Below, piece after piece: positions 23,732-38,110 of a DNA stretch of 64,000 nt (its first letter is position 1; every line of letters starts with the position of its first letter). This DNA is from Azolla caroliniana (lineage: Eukaryota; Plantae; Polypodiophyta). The stretch covers positions 3,782,001 through 3,846,000 of the forward strand of contig JBHGNT010000013.1 in the NCBI GenBank assembly GCA_043228905.1. The letters run 5' to 3'. The position numbers were made by a program, and so were the translations under genes. The notes below the pieces were generated by a model. That model was given only the letters and a program-made list of their open reading frames with translations. It ran no database searches and was not told where the DNA came from.

Positions 23732-25974
23732 GTCTTCATTTCAATCATCCTTCTGCACAAACATAAATTCTGTGATTCTTTTCTGACAAACCTGTGCTAT
23801 TTATGGTATGATAGATTCCAATGCTCAGGTTCGTCATCACCGTAATGTCTATACTGGTTTTTTTTTAGCAATGCCAATGCATAAAATTCTGCATGACATA
23901 GCTATGGTGTTCGGGATTCTTCCATGACTGTAAACTCTTCTGCGTTCTTGATTCACAAATTATTTCGTCTGTGTTTTCAAACAAAGCTTTTAGTTCCATT
24001 GTGTCTGTTTATACTGGTTTTTTTTAGCAGTGCCAATGCATAAAATTTTGCATGACATAGCTATGGTGTGTAAACTCTTCTGCGTTCTTGATTCACAAAT
24101 TATTTCGTCTGTGTTTTCAAACAAAGCTTTTAGTTCCATTGTGTCTGTTTATACTGGTTTTTTTTAGCAGTGCCAATGCATAAAATTTTGCATGACATAG
24201 CTATGGTGTGTAAACTCTTCTGCGTTCTTGATTCACAAATTATTTCGTCTGTGTTTTCAAACAAAGCTTTTAGTTCCATTGTTCCTGTTTCATAGACACA
24301 CAGCAATGATCTTCTGTGTGTTTTGAGATATAAATTTCCTTCCTTCCACAATTCTGATGGGAAGTTTCTAACACTAGACTCCCGATTTTCCAACTCTACA
24401 CTCCTAATCGCTTCTGAATGCTCTCTATGGACCATAAAAGTTCTAATTCTAATTCTCTCTCTGACTTCAGCTGAGCAAAGAATCTGTGAACTTTGCTTTA
24501 ATGTTAGAGCATATCTGTGTTTTTTCCTAGATGAATCTATGAGTAATAATGAATCTGCCATATACCTCCCGGAGGAGAGAGATTCACAGAAGATCTTTGC
24601 CCCCCTTTCTGTGACAGGCCGCAGATGTCGGAGATTTCGCCGCAATTTCCGAAGCCGTGGCGGCATCGCTGCGATGGAGAGCGATCGATGTGCTCATATG
24701 CAATGCAGGAATCACACACGCGGGATACTTGGAACACACCGATGTAGAGGATATCGACAGGGTCATCCGAACCAACATCAATGGCACTGTCTATGCATTG
24801 CATCAAGTCCTCCCTTCTCTGAAAGAGCGAAGCATGGAGGATAACCAGAGCCACCGCGTCTCGATCGTCATCATCTCTTCGCTCGCCTCGCTCTTCTTCA
24901 TGTATGGCCATGCCGTCTACACTGCCTCCAAGTATGCTGTGAGGGGTCTGGCAGAAGGCATGAGGATGGAGCTCATGCCTTACAAGAACATTAAGATCAG
25001 TGTCGTCTGTCCCGGATTCGTCGACACCTCATTTCTCGATGAAGGTAAGCAGCTTCTTTAGCAATTGATCCATCCATCCATCCATCCATCCATCTTACCT
25101 AAGTCTTTTCTTTCTTATTCTTGATCTTTATTTTTGCTTTTGCTTGGGTTATTTATTGGTTTTGTATTGTGTGTAATGGCTTGATTGCTTTGCTGAGTTT
25201 GCTTATAGCCATCCTCTAGTGATGAGATAAATTGGGTTTTTGTATAGTCTCCTCCGCCCCGCCCTCCGCCCCGCACCGCCCCGCCCAGCCGATACATGAA
25301 TCTAATCTAGTTAGTTGAATGTTTTCATCTTTACTTGGAGCTAAACCCTTCCTTTGGTGGTGTTTTGATGACCACAAGGATGGATCTATCTGGTCATTCT
25401 TCCATCCACTCTTAGGGAATATCTCAACATCATGAACTCCTTCCTTCTAGGGAAGATACAGCCAAATCTGGCACACTTGGGCACCTTTACATTCCATTGG
25501 GGCACTTTCTGCTTAGCTAAGCTAACAAAACATACATACATACATACATACATACATACATACATACATACATACATACATACATGCATACATACATACA
25601 TTTTACAGAAAATGTGGGTTCCTACCCTCCATGAAATAGTGTGTATGTGATTTTCAGTGACGGAGGGCGATGATGAGATAACGGAGCTAATGAAGAAGGT
25701 GAACATGTTGAGGGAGAAAGGATCGGAGGTACCGGAGCATGCGGCCAAGTGCGTGCTGGACGCGGTGAAGAAGGGGAAGTTCCTGGTGGCCACGCAATCC
25801 TTGGGGGCACACTTATTGACCCTTGGGCGCGGGGTTGTCCCCGCGGACACGTTCGCGCAATTCGTCTTGGAGCTTCTCTTCCTCATCCCTTGCCGCTTCA
25901 TGAGCTTGGTCATCGAGAGATACAACCAGCATTTCATCGTGAAGGACGTCCATGTCCCTTACAAAATGCAGTGA
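23384..25974 (+). CDS. 3-ketosphinganine (3-dehydrosphinganine) reductase TSC10/KDSR-like short-chain dehydrogenase; join(23384..23731,24618..25044,25658..25974), 363 aa
   Basis: N-terminal hydrophobic anchor, KHVFITGASSGIG, ADVGD, DVLICNAG, catalytic S and YTASK, C-terminal hydrophobic segment after KKGKFLV. GT-AG introns of phase 0 and phase 1 give an uninterrupted 1092-nt CDS. Confidence 0.88.
23846..24290. repeat. 140-bp tandem repeat x3 in intron 1 (first copy has a 20-bp insertion)
   Basis: ATACTGG anchors at 23851, 24011 and 24151; copies 2 and 3 are essentially identical. Confidence 0.92.
24618..25044 (+). CDS. SDR gene exon 2
   Basis: Acceptor CTTTCTGTGACAG|GCC; AADVGD..NAG..YTASK; donor GAAG|GTAAGC. 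Confidence 0.9.
25531..25600. repeat. (CATA)n microsatellite in intron 2
   Basis: About 17 CATA units with one CATG interruption. Confidence 0.95.
25658..25974 (+). CDS. SDR gene exon 3
   Basis: Acceptor TTTTCAG|TG restores the frame (V-TEGDDEI...); stop TGA at 25972-25974. Confidence 0.88.
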
Positions 25975-27959
25975 AAGAAAGAATTGCATGCCTCCTTCCT
26001 TTGTTTCTAGCTCTTCCTTCCCTTACCCACCATGGTCCCAATTCATTTTAACTTATTCATTTGCCTACAACACTCCCCCCCTACCCCATTAGTAGGTCCT
26101 TTTGCAAGAAGCAAAACCTAATGGGCACTTCCCTCATTGTTTTATGTAATGCTTCCTTCCCTTCCTACATGAATAATTTTTGGGTGATAAAATCTCCTAC
26201 CCTCGTATCGAATGCCCATATTTTCGAGTTATATTCATTCCGCAAGTGTATATATACATAATGTCTTTGCCCCTTCCATCTTTTCTCCTCATCATTCTGA
26301 AGAGTTGGATGATTGATTCATGAGTGCACCTAGACTACTCTTTGTTGTAACAAAATCACTTGTGTCAACAACACCTATTATTAATAGCTACTTGAATGTT
26401 TTTTTGATTTGACCTTCATGATTTCGTGCTCGGTTGATGCGAAACCTATTGTAAACACAAGTCCATGACTTATTTCTCGTTTGAAAAAAGTGACATGTGT
26501 AAGTGCCATAAGGTGAAGGCATTTTTTTCTCCGATGAATTTAAGCAAACAAGATGATTCTGACCCAAAAGATCTGCATATGTCTCCCATGAGGTGTGTAT
26601 AGCATTGTGAAACACACATTGCTACAATGTTTGTGGGGACATTTACATTGGGCTTCTTGTATTTCTATATAAACCCTTAATTAACCTCAACAACTTAGTA
26701 CGAAGAGGGATTACGACATTTCCTTATCAATTCATACCTCAAGTCAAACCTTTGGGGACCTTGTATGTAGTTGATCATTACTCGTCAACTACTAATTGTC
26801 TCGACTCCCGACACTCAAAGCATTTGACACAGAAGCCCAACAACTTGTTAAGGGTCAATTGGTATTTTTGAAAAGAGCAGTGAATACATCAAGGATGATA
26901 TGTGAGTGTTTTGCAAGAGAAACAAATTTGCCAACATGCCCACATCAAAGTTTTTCATTAAAGCTATAGGTGCTACCAAACAATAGGTGGACTACCAAAC
27001 TATTGAATTTTGGATAACATTTCCAACAAATTTTGTAAGCATTAGTTGGAATATATATAGAAAGGCTTTGATTGTATGTAACAGGTACACTTGCTTTACA
27101 CATATTTATTTGCGTAATAGAATGTGTAGACCAAACATTCACATGGATACATAAATGATAGGTAGACGATTTACCTATATTTTCTATCCTATGAAAAGGT
27201 AGTTTGATGGAGTTCGGTGTAAGTTATAAAGGTTTTAAATCTTACTTACTGACTCGAAGGTGGCAGTAGAAAAGTAAAATATTTCTTACCATTGTGATAG
27301 ATCCCTCGGATTGTGATATCTGTAGTTTTAGGATGGGTAATATCAAAAGCACCCATCGTATCACTACATGTTCTTAGTAAAAATAAAAAGACGTGAAAAA
27401 GCTTCCAGCCCCCAAAACACACTTAACGAAATATTACATCGAAGAACCATTGTTTTTCAACAGAGTCGGTCAACATTCTTTGGGTATTTGTGAACTGCAA
27501 AAAATAAACACATTTTAGTTGCACAATCTATTCACAAGATAATGACGGCAATTAATCGTTTTAAAAAGGTAAATGTACTTCGCTCGTATTACTATGAGGT
27601 ATCAATGTAGTGATATCTGTCAAACCACCTACACATGACACATTTGGTATTATTGATAATATCAAGTTTCTACCGAAAATGTTCCTTTCATTAAAACATA
27701 CCGTTAACTTGCAACACAAAAATTATTTTACCACTGTGAGTTTCTTTTGTGGAATTCGAAAGACGAAATGATGCAACACCTATAATGGGAACATATTGCA
27801 CCAACGTAACAACCACGTAAAGTTCAATAGGGACTATATTGTCACCCAAACTTCAACATGATACTTAAACCTTTATTTGTTAAGGTTTTTAGGTTCAATT
27901 TCTACCTTGTCTCTATAAGTAAATGATTGAAATAAGTTGAATTATCAGGCATACCATCT

Positions 27960-28990
27960 TTCCTAGTTAATGTTCTTCTTTCCTATCTCCAAGCCATAAT
28001 CCAAATGTCACACAATGTGTGCGTCCATCTTTCGACCTCTTTTGTGCATTCTACACAGCTAGGGAATTGTATGTGTTTTATTGGATCATCACACTCTACC
28101 AATCACCATTGTTTGCTCAACACCCAAAAGTGCCACATAAGGATACCTTCCAACTTCCTAATATATGCTTTAACTCCATGTCTACCATCAAACATGAAAG
28201 CATTACACATATTCTAATTATGTTGTAATTAGCACAAGAATTAGAATATGATCTCCATCTTCTCATTTGGACCATTTTGAATATATTGACTAAATACCCA
28301 TCGTATACACCTCAAATAACAACAGGTCAAAACTTGCCAAATCTATGATAAATACTTCTAGATGATACAACCAAAATGGCATTGATAAACTCATGTGTAC
28401 TATCTTCCAATGGAATGCTACAAAAAGAACATTTGCTCGATCTCAATTCTTTCCTGGTTAACTCTAAACCTAATGGTAACCCCTCAATCATCTTTGTCCA
28501 AATAAATAACTTTGCATGGAATGGTAACTGGGAATGCCAACTACATTTTAACATTTTCCACTACCTTGAATCTAACTTACATATATTCCACTCCATCTTT
28601 CCTTTATTCTTTGCACGATGATAATGAAACTATGCAATGGTGATACAATTATGTGACTTGTAAGAAGCATATACCATCCTTCAAACACCAATCCACCCAA
28701 GGAATATTATATGCTGACATTAATAAAGATCCTTACAATAATGCCACGCTTTTCAACTTTTCCCAAATAAACCCATAATTTAGGGAAGCCATAATAAAAT
28801 TTTAGCAGCATAAAATTCAAACAACCTTTGAGATTCAATATCAACCACATTTGCTAACTTGATGACCCTTAATTGACACAAACGATTGAACTAAGATCTC
28901 AATTTCTCTTTTCCTTGCTAGTATAACAATCTAGGAGATATGAGTAATTCCTTCCATGATGAATTACATTACTATCAACAAGATGATGGT
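27960..28990 (-). mobile_element. Decayed L1 LINE ORF2 C-terminal (zf-RVT) remnant
   Basis: WHSQLPFHAKLFIW..EGLPLG..KCSFCSIPLEDSTH. Boundaries approximate. Confidence 0.7.
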
Positions 28991-29037
28991 GCCCATTCAA
29001 AATATGTAAAAACTTCAACTATTGAGCATATATAGAC

Positions 29038-32000
29038 TGTCAAATTTTAAGGGGAATGCTTCGATTAACTAATTGCCGAGTATGAAAATATTGTAATTTA
29101 AGAAATAGTATAGTTTTGTATAACTATAGGTTCTTGCCAAACAAGGCAAGTGTAAATCTTGGACTCGGGTCACCTATAAAAAGGGACCGAGAGCATTGTA
29201 TCTGTATCGTTCTGTTTTGGTTTTAATATAGGTTTTGGTAGTTAGAGTATTTTTGTGTTGACTATTCTATTCTTTTATGCTATATATCTATTGTGTTGAA
29301 TGTTCTCTGTTGCACTGGCTATATTATACTAACAGTCGATCAAGATTGTATGTCTAATCGTAAGAACTAATCTTTGTATATCTATTTCTGAGTGTAGAAC
29401 TAGGGTCGACTAACCCATCTCTCCACCACAATCTTCTTGACTGAACGTTCAGAGTTGAATGTTTGACATATTGTGTCTGTCGTTTATAGCTGTCAGCTGT
29501 CGGTAGATCAACACAATATTTTGGCACACTCGGTTACATCTACTACGAGCAAAGAACGAGGAGAATGGATGCCATCTAGTCTACTCAATATAGTCCAGCT
29601 TGCAGAAAGCAGAAGACCACACATGAGATCGGACAACCGACGTGCAGAAGATGGTATTTCCGATAATTCGTAGTTTGTTGAACAAGTCCAGTAAGAAGCT
29701 CAAGGGGCACTAAGATCGCTTCCCGATTTAACTACCGACAATAGCTTAGATGAGGAACATTCTAACCAAGAAAACTTAGTTGAACTTTGTGAGGAGGATA
29801 CAATGCCGTATCCCTATCCCAAGTATAATGATGAAGCCGACGTAGAAACACATGTGTGCTTGTTCCTTACGACATGGCAGACTAACCATCTCTCACAACA
29901 ATTGTCAGAAGCAGATGTCGAAAAGTCTAAGGTTGCTGAATTCGGGTTATCGTTCGACGGATAGTCGGCGAATTGGTACTCACAGCATGAGGCGGGTGAG
30001 TTTGAGTCTTTTAAGCAATTAACTACCAAATTTTATTAGGTTATTTTATTGACAAGTTCCAAAGAGGGAACTAATGAGTCAATTCAATGTGGCATATTAA
30101 GAAACCCATTAAATTGTGTCACAATTCATTATTCGGTTTCAAAATCTTCGGAGGCAGTTGGCACAACCTCTCCTAGAAGATGACCTAAAAGAGACCTTCT
30201 TGTTGGCATTACTGGAACCGCTTCGAACCACATTACATGTGTTCGATTTCAAAGATCAATTGCTGTAGAAGGTGATCAACAAAGCACTTCTCGGACATGA
30301 CACAGACCAACAATACTATGTCCATGGCATCATTACAACGGTCTTTACTGAAGTCAGAGGAATTGAGGTTCTGACAAGCAATCAATTGCACGACATGTTT
30401 GAATCTAGGACATTTGACAATTGAGTGCACGCTGCGCACACATTGTTTGATTTGTCATTCAAAAACACATACAATCGACTAGTGTGAGTATAATCTGCTC
30501 AATAAAGTCGCGACACCAACCATACAGATACAACCTCGGGATGACTACCAGGAGGATCAGAATCGGTCAGTACATTGGTTTCGGGAAGACGATCAGCCAA
30601 GTTATGATGATCGTTACTGGTCGGATCGCAATTGACGAGATGATTATTGCTGAGACGATCGATATGATGAGTATCGACGAGAGGAAATTTGGCAAGGGGA
30701 GTATAGAAGAGATAGCTAGAACAGTTATGACCGAGAATATTCACCCCGACAAGATAGAAATGATCGTCGACCTTACAAGGTAATAGATATCATGATGATA
30801 GAAGGTCCTATGACTAGAAAAGAAATGAAGACAATTGACCATTTAATCGTCGAGTTCAGAATGACAATAGAAGACCTAAACCATCTCGACAATTTTAGTA
30901 CAATTCCAGAGGCCGAGATGAGCCAGAACCATAGGGTGTCTGGCAATCACATTATGAGAACGGTGACAACAACAATGTCGCCAAAATGTTGCAGGACAGT
31001 AATGCCCCAAATGTCACATCTGACAAGTCGGGAAGTTGACATGAGGACGTATCAACGAAAACACTTGATGGGAATGAAACATGGAAAGTCTTGGCCAATT
31101 GCTAGATATCATTACCATTGATTGGCTTAGTGAAATTAGTTCCTCATTTCAAAAGGTGGTGAGAATTATCACAAGAAAAGAGTTGGAAAATGTGTTGGTG
31201 AATTTTGCGAATCCAATCAAAGGATCGACAATTATGGATGAGCAAAGCCCTACGATCACGGTAATCATTCAGGGTCAAGAAGTGTCGGGCATCATAATCA
31301 ATGGCGGATCAAGAGTGAATGTCATTAACAAGACTACCTCTGATCGCCTAGGAATCACCACCTGGGAAGCATGTCCATTCTGGCTACAAATGGCAGGTAC
31401 CAGTACAGTCTGACCAATAGGGCTGATCCGACTATTCGATATTGTCATTGGCGGCCATACATTTCAGATATCGGCGGTCATACTCCATTTAGAGGCACAA
31501 GGAGCTTACCCTCTGTTATTGGGTAGTCCATGGCTTCACACTACCAATATCAAACAGAATTGGTGGAAGAATATTCTGACATTTCGGAAGGGTAAGACAA
31601 AGATTCACGTTTCGACTCAAGAAAAGGTTACAACAACATGAAAATGTGTGCCGCTTATGCTGAAGCTGTCAATATGATGGAGGGATTAGGTGACGGGGAA
31701 GAGAATCAATATTTTGCGGACAATGCCAAGATTATCCCCTTGTTTGAAATCAACATCGTCGAAATAATGACTCCATATCTCGGAGACGATGAAAAGGAGG
31801 TAGATGTTCATGTCGATGATAAAACTCTTAGGGAGTTACGTCAGCAACAGGAAGCCATGGAAAGAGAAATGCAAGTATCGCAGTGCGTACAGGCTTCTGC
31901 ACTAGAGAAATTAAATCTGGCCGACAAGAATACAAAGCTGAAAATAGTGCTCATAGCAAAAGAGATCCAATCGGCTGACAAGACAAGGGTTACCAAACTA

Positions 32001-32392
32001 TTATGTCAATACAAAGATGTTTTTGCGTGGTCATTCGAAGATATGATGGGACTAGATTTGGCCTTCTGTCAGCATTAGATTAATTTGCACAAAGATGCGA
32101 AGCCGGTACAACAATGAAGGTACTGATTAAATTCAAATTACACAGTAAAGGTAAAAGAAGAAATCGACAAACTGTTGTGGGTTTGGCTTCATCTGACCGG
32201 TTAAGAAGGCTACTTGGCTGAGCCCGATAGTTATGGTGCCCAAAAAGAATGGCAAGATTAGGGTGTGTGTTGATTATCGGAAACTAAATGCGGCCACGGT
32301 GACTGACGTATTTTCATTGCCTTTCACCGATGGAGTCCTCCATGAAATATACAGTTTCCTCGATGGATTCAGTGGATATAATCAGATTCGGA
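29038..32392 (+). mobile_element. Old Ty3/gypsy (non-chromovirus, Phygy-like): 5' LTR, gag, protease, RT start; 3'-truncated
   Basis: LTR ~29038-29515 (TG start, CCTATAAAAAGGG), PBS-like TGGCACACTCGGT, gag CTTC..H / CLICHS..H, VPKKNGKIRVCVDYRKLN, SFLDGFSGYNQI. Colinear with 32960-35190. Confidence 0.85.
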
Positions 32393-32978
32393 TCTCGAGG
32401 AATCCACTATATATATAGAGGTTGTATCATGTGCGTTCACAACATCTTTTATAAACCCCTTATATGTATATTTTTTACTATTTTAGATACCCTTCTATAA
32501 AAAAATGGTTAATAAAAATAACCCTTAGTGCCAATATATATTTTGACGACAACTCATTTTAAATGCCCTTACATAGAAATGTATTATATTGTATTGCATA
32601 TGTTGTATATAATTTATATATAGGTTGTGTGTGTGTGTGTTCATATGTATGTATGTATTGTATTGTATTCCATGTTTATTTATGTATGTATTGTATTGCA
32701 TGTGTTGTATATCTTAGATGTATGGTATGTATTTATGTATTTATGTGTTATGTGTATGTGTGTGTAGTGGCTCATGTCTATTTGCACATAAATCATGAAT
32801 ATTCTTTTACTAATAAAGACTCAATAGCACATTATTTGGTTTGATAGTTATTCTCTATTTAAACATTATGAAACTTTATCAACAATCATCATGAATACTC
32901 CATCATTGCAAGAAGTTCCTTCAAATGCTTATTAATTTCTCACATCACAACATTTTTTAACGAGGAAGAGATTAAAAA

Positions 32979-35900
32979 ATGGACAAGACTAGCTCCTTCT
33001 TGTCGATGGGGATGTTACACCGGGCACTCCCGAAGGAGGAAGCCCTAAGGTTCCGACAGGCCTTACAATGCACAACATGCCTAAATTCGGGCCACTCAAC
33101 AGTAGACTGCACCCTGCGGGCACAATGTATGATCTGCAACTCTCGAGCCCATACAACGGACCGATGCGAATATAACCTGTTAAATCAGCAGGCAGCACCG
33201 GTTCGACACATAGAACCGCGCAATTAGAACCCGGATGAGGATCGATTCCAGAGAGACAACCGCTACCAACGCGAACGCGGTAACAGATACGCTGATAAAA
33301 GACGCGATAACTATGACCGAGAGGAGAAACGCAGAGATAGCTACCCCCGGGACCGGTACGACCGAGACGAATCCCCGGAATACGAACGATGCAGAGAAGA
33401 GAGGCGACAAGGGAACTGAAATTTCCGACGGAATCAGAAGCGTGGATTTTTCCGAAGAGAGGAACGTCGGGAGGCAGCGAGGAATGACAACCCGGTATCG
33501 GTACCGGATAACCGAAAAACTGAAGACGACCACCGAAGCATACCCACCCTCCAAACCGGGGACAAAGGAGAAACGAGCAACAGTCACAAGGTGTACTGTT
33601 ATTACTGCCGTAAGGAAGGCCATTATAGTAACCAATGCCCAAGCAAAACCAATGACAAGCAGCCGACAGTCAACATGGTTACAGCCGAAATAACAGAAGT
33701 ACAGCAGGTCACAACCCGGTCAAAGGGAAAGACCGCCGAGTGGGAAGCCCAGGAGGCAATAAGAAAACAAGCGGCGCAATGGATCAAGGAGGCCAATGAA
33801 CAGAATGCGGCAGAAGTAAGAGACCAAAATATGCCAAAAGACGAAGAAATCATACAGCCAGGAGAAAACCCGACGTGGCAAGCGCTACAGGACTGTCAAA
33901 TCGTGCTGCCGTTAGCACGACTACTACAGTTGGTGCCACGGTTTACGGCAGACTTACAGGCATCCGTGAGCAAACCGAAGCCGACGCCAGCACCGGCATT
34001 CTTCTCCAACCCGGAGGAAGGACCAACGGTGGTCGATACAAGTAGCCCGGCGATCACGGCAATCGTGAAAGGAAAGGAAATTGCTGGAACGATTATTGAC
34101 GGAGGCTCCGGGGTAAATGTCATCAGCCGACAGACATGCGAGAACCTGGGCATCCAGGAATGGGAACCATGCCCCTTCTGGTTACGCATGGCGGATACCA
34201 GCTCAGTCCGACCGACCAGGCTTATCCGGGATTTGGAAGTAACGATCGGAGGCCACGTATTCCGGATATCGGCCGTGGTGCTGCAGCTGAATGTACAAGG
34301 CGCGTACCCCCTATTGCTAGGACGACCATGGTTGCGAACGGCGCATATCAGGCAGAACTGGCAAAAGAACATGATCACATTCCGGCGAGGGAAAACAAAG
34401 GTACGAGTAACGACGCAACCACGGGTGATCGCCAGTAAGGAAGCAACTCCATTGTATGCGGAAAGCATCAACATGTTGGAGGGATTACCGGACGAGGAAG
34501 TCGAGCGGTACCTCGAGGAACACCCACGAATCGTCCCACTATTTGAGGTGGATATCACGACGGCAGTAGAACCGTACATTACGACGCCGGATGAACCGGA
34601 CCAAGCGGCGATCCGGGAACTGCAACAAGCACAGGAATCCCTAGAGAGGGAAATGACGATATCCCAGAGGGTAAAAGCATCCCAACTAGAGGAGGTGGAC
34701 CTCGGCACAACAGACAAGCCCCGACTGGTAAATGTCGCAAAGGAATTGCCGAAGGAAGAAAAGAAGGCAATGGTAGCATTATTAACAGACTTCAAGGATG
34801 TGTTCGCGTGGTCGTACGAAGACATGCGAGGGCTGGATCCCCAGCTCTATCAGCACCAAATTCACCTAAGTACGGACGCGAAACCGATCGCTCAACGCAG
34901 GTACCGGATGAATCCGAACTATGCGGCGAAGGTGAAGGAGGAAATTGATAAGCTCCTCCGGGTCGGATTTATCTGATCGGTCAAGCAGGCAACCTGGCTG
35001 AGTCCGATAGTGGTGGTCCCGAAAAAGAACGGTAAAATCCGGGTATGCGTGGACTATCGCAAACTTAATGCCGCAACAGTGACCGATGCGTTTCCACTAC
35101 CATTTACGGACGGGGTGTTAGATGCGGTAGCCGGCCACGAAGTTTACAGCTTCCTGGATGGATTTAGCGGCTACAACCAAATACGAATGAACCCGACCGA
35201 CCAGGAGAAGACATCGTTCGTTACGGAATGGGGAGTGTTCATCGCGGTCGTGATGATTTTCAGACTAAAGACGGCTCCAACGACCTTTCAAAGGATAATA
35301 ATGGAAATTTTCGGGGAATATATCCCCGGTTTTATGCAGGTCTTCCTTGACGATTTCGCGGTCTACAGCCGGCACGGAGAGCATCTCGATCACCTCCGGC
35401 TGTGCTTGGAGAAGTGCCGCGAGTACCGGTTGAGTCTGAACCCGGCCAAGTGCGTCTTTGGAGTGGCAAGCGGCAACTTACTAGGGCACGTGGTGAGTAA
35501 GGAAGGAATCGCGGTAGATCCGGATAAAGTCAAGGCGATTCTCGAGGCACCAGCACCAAATAACGCAAAGGCTTTAAGCCGGTTCCTGGGCCAAATAAGG
35601 TGGCATTGCCGGATGATACGGCACCTTGCAGACTTCGCTACACCATTACATACCGCCGTACACAGGGTACCCTTCCTATTGGCGGAGACGGAGGAGGAAG
35701 CCTACCAAGCGTTGAAGGTTATGCTGTCGCAAGCTCCGGTGGTGCAACCGCCGGATTGGAGTAAAAGCTTTCACGTCTTCGTCGACGCGTTGGACGTAGC
35801 AATCGGCAGCGTTCTGATGCAACTCACGGAGCCGAAATGGTACCGACCGGTGTACTACGCAAGCTGGAAACTCTCAAAAGCCGAACGGAATTACTCTACG

Positions 35901-37687
35901 ACGGAACGCGAGCCATTGGGAATGGTGTATAGTGTCACAAAGTAGAGGCACTATCTGCTCGGAAGGAAGTTTTCCTTCCATGTCGACCATTCGGCACTAC
36001 TCTACCTGGTCTCGAAGGCATCCCTGACGGGAAAAATTGCACGATGGACACTGCTGTTACAGGAATTTGAATTCGACATTTTCCACCGACCCGGGGCGCA
36101 GCATGCGGTAGCGGACTACCTAAGCAGACTCGAATCCGGAGAAGCAGGGGACGGCGTCCAGGATGAGTTCCCCGACGCCGAGTTGTTCCGGATCACGACG
36201 AAACCGGCAACGATGCAACGGTAGCTGATGAAGACACGTGGCTAACTGAGATGCATCAGTTCCTGAGCACCGGAGTACCCCCGGAGAACATGGACCGCGA
36301 TGAAAGGAAAAGGGTAGCAGTAAGAAGCAGACATTTCTGCTTGGTTGGAGACACCCTCTATCACAAGGGGGCAGATGGCATCTGGAGACGAGCAGTGCGG
36401 AGCGATGAGAAGGATTTAATCCTCAGGGAAGCCCACTGTGGAATTGCCGGCGGGCATTATGCCGGAGACGCAACCGCTCGGAAAATATGGCAGAGCGGAC
36501 TGTGGTGGCCCACCACCCTAAAAGATGCCGTGAAGTATAGCAGAGAATGCGATTTGTGTCAACGACTGGGCCAACCCACGGAGCAGGCCCGGATGCCACA
36601 CCACCCGGTCTTGCCATTGGAACCGTTTCAAAAGTGGGGTTTGGACTTTGTCGGTCCCTTCAAGCCACCGGCAATGCGAACCGGAAATCGGTATGTCATA
36701 GTGGCGACCGACTATTGCACCAAATGGGTAGAAGCAAAGGCCTTACGGGACAGCATGGCCGCGTCCACGGCAAAGTTCCTGTACGAGTGCATATGGTGCC
36801 GGTATGGATGCCCGATCGAGCTTATAAGTGACCAAGGAAGACATGTTCTCGGGCAGGTAGTAGAAAGCCTGACGTCATTTTACGCGGTGGTACATAAAAG
36901 GAGTACTCCCTACTACCCTCAAGCCAATGGACTAGCGGAATCAACGAACAAAACTCTGCAGAACATCCTACGAAAAATCGTCAACGAGAACCGGACCGAC
37001 TGGGATACGAAATTGCAAAACGCGCTATTGGCGTACCGAACAACGTACAAAACCAGCATCCGGACAACCCCGTTCCGACTAGCATTCGGTTTAGAAGCGG
37101 TCATGCTGGTAGAGTTCCAGATCCCCAGCTTACGGATCCAGGTAAAGGAGCGCTTAAGTGAGAAGGAGTTCGAACGAATCCGGCTGGCGACGTTGTTGGA
37201 ATTAGAAGAAAACCGAATCGCCAGCTTACTACAACTCGAACTGGAGCAAAGGAGGAGAAAAGCTTTCGTGGACCGACACCGGTGTGGCAACGAAAAGGAG
37301 TTCGAAGTCGGGAAACCGGTGCTACTATTCCAGACACGGATGGGGAACATGCCGGGAAAGTTGCGGTTTCGGTGGACCGGACCGTTCTGGATCACCAAGG
37401 AGTACAATGGGTCGTATCAGCTCGGCACGTTGTCTGGAGATGTCATCGGTAAGTGGGCAAATGGGTTTCGGCAAAAGCCGTATAAGGGAAATATGCCAGC
37501 CAACCCGTTCAAGCAAAACCCGGAAATCCGGCAAGATGAGGAACCGACACCGACAGACGTTGCTGAAGATATTTGGACCGAGGAAGAACCGACACCGATA
37601 CTGACAAAGACTATCCCGGAAAACCAACAGAAGGATCCGGTATCAACGCGAACCGACCCGAACAAATCGGGGGGGACCAGAAAATGA
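32979..37687 (+). pseudogene. gag-pol polyprotein (PR-RT-RNase H-IN) with a few stops and frameshifts
   Basis: ORF pieces 32979-33227, 33591-34976, 35010-35945 and 36251-37687 in canonical gypsy domain order. Confidence 0.9.
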
Positions 37688-38110
37688 CGAGGTCCAAACA
37701 AAGAAAGAAAAAAAAAGAAGAAGAAGAAGAAAAAAGATGTGGGCCAAATCGGCGCGAATCATAGTAGTGATGGGGAGATCACAAGAGGTGGGAGCGCCAC
37801 CATGCAATGAAGAGGCGCCATGTAGTAAAGAAGGACGTGCGCGTACTTGCTATTTAAAGCATGGAACATGGGCACTCACACGCGGCAAGCAAGAAAGGAC
37901 ATACTAATTATGGCAAGAGATGAACATGCGCGGGAAACGAAAAAGGGCGGCCCGAGGCAAAAGCCACTATATAAGACACAGGCCTGCGAAGGACTTATTT
38001 TTTACAAATTTTCCTACACACAGGCGCAGAAGCACAGAAGAGCGATCCGACGCACAACGCACACACAACCCGATCCCGAACAACAGACAACAGAAGAAGA
38101 ATTCGAAACA

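Noticed and set aside
24130-24666. 178-aa antisense ORF within SDR intron 1/exon 2
   Set aside because: No recognisable domain; it overlaps the tandem repeat and the sense exon.
33896-34825. 309-aa antisense ORF (also 54266-55180 and similar)
   Set aside because: Shadow ORFs opposite retroelement pol sequences, with no independent motif.
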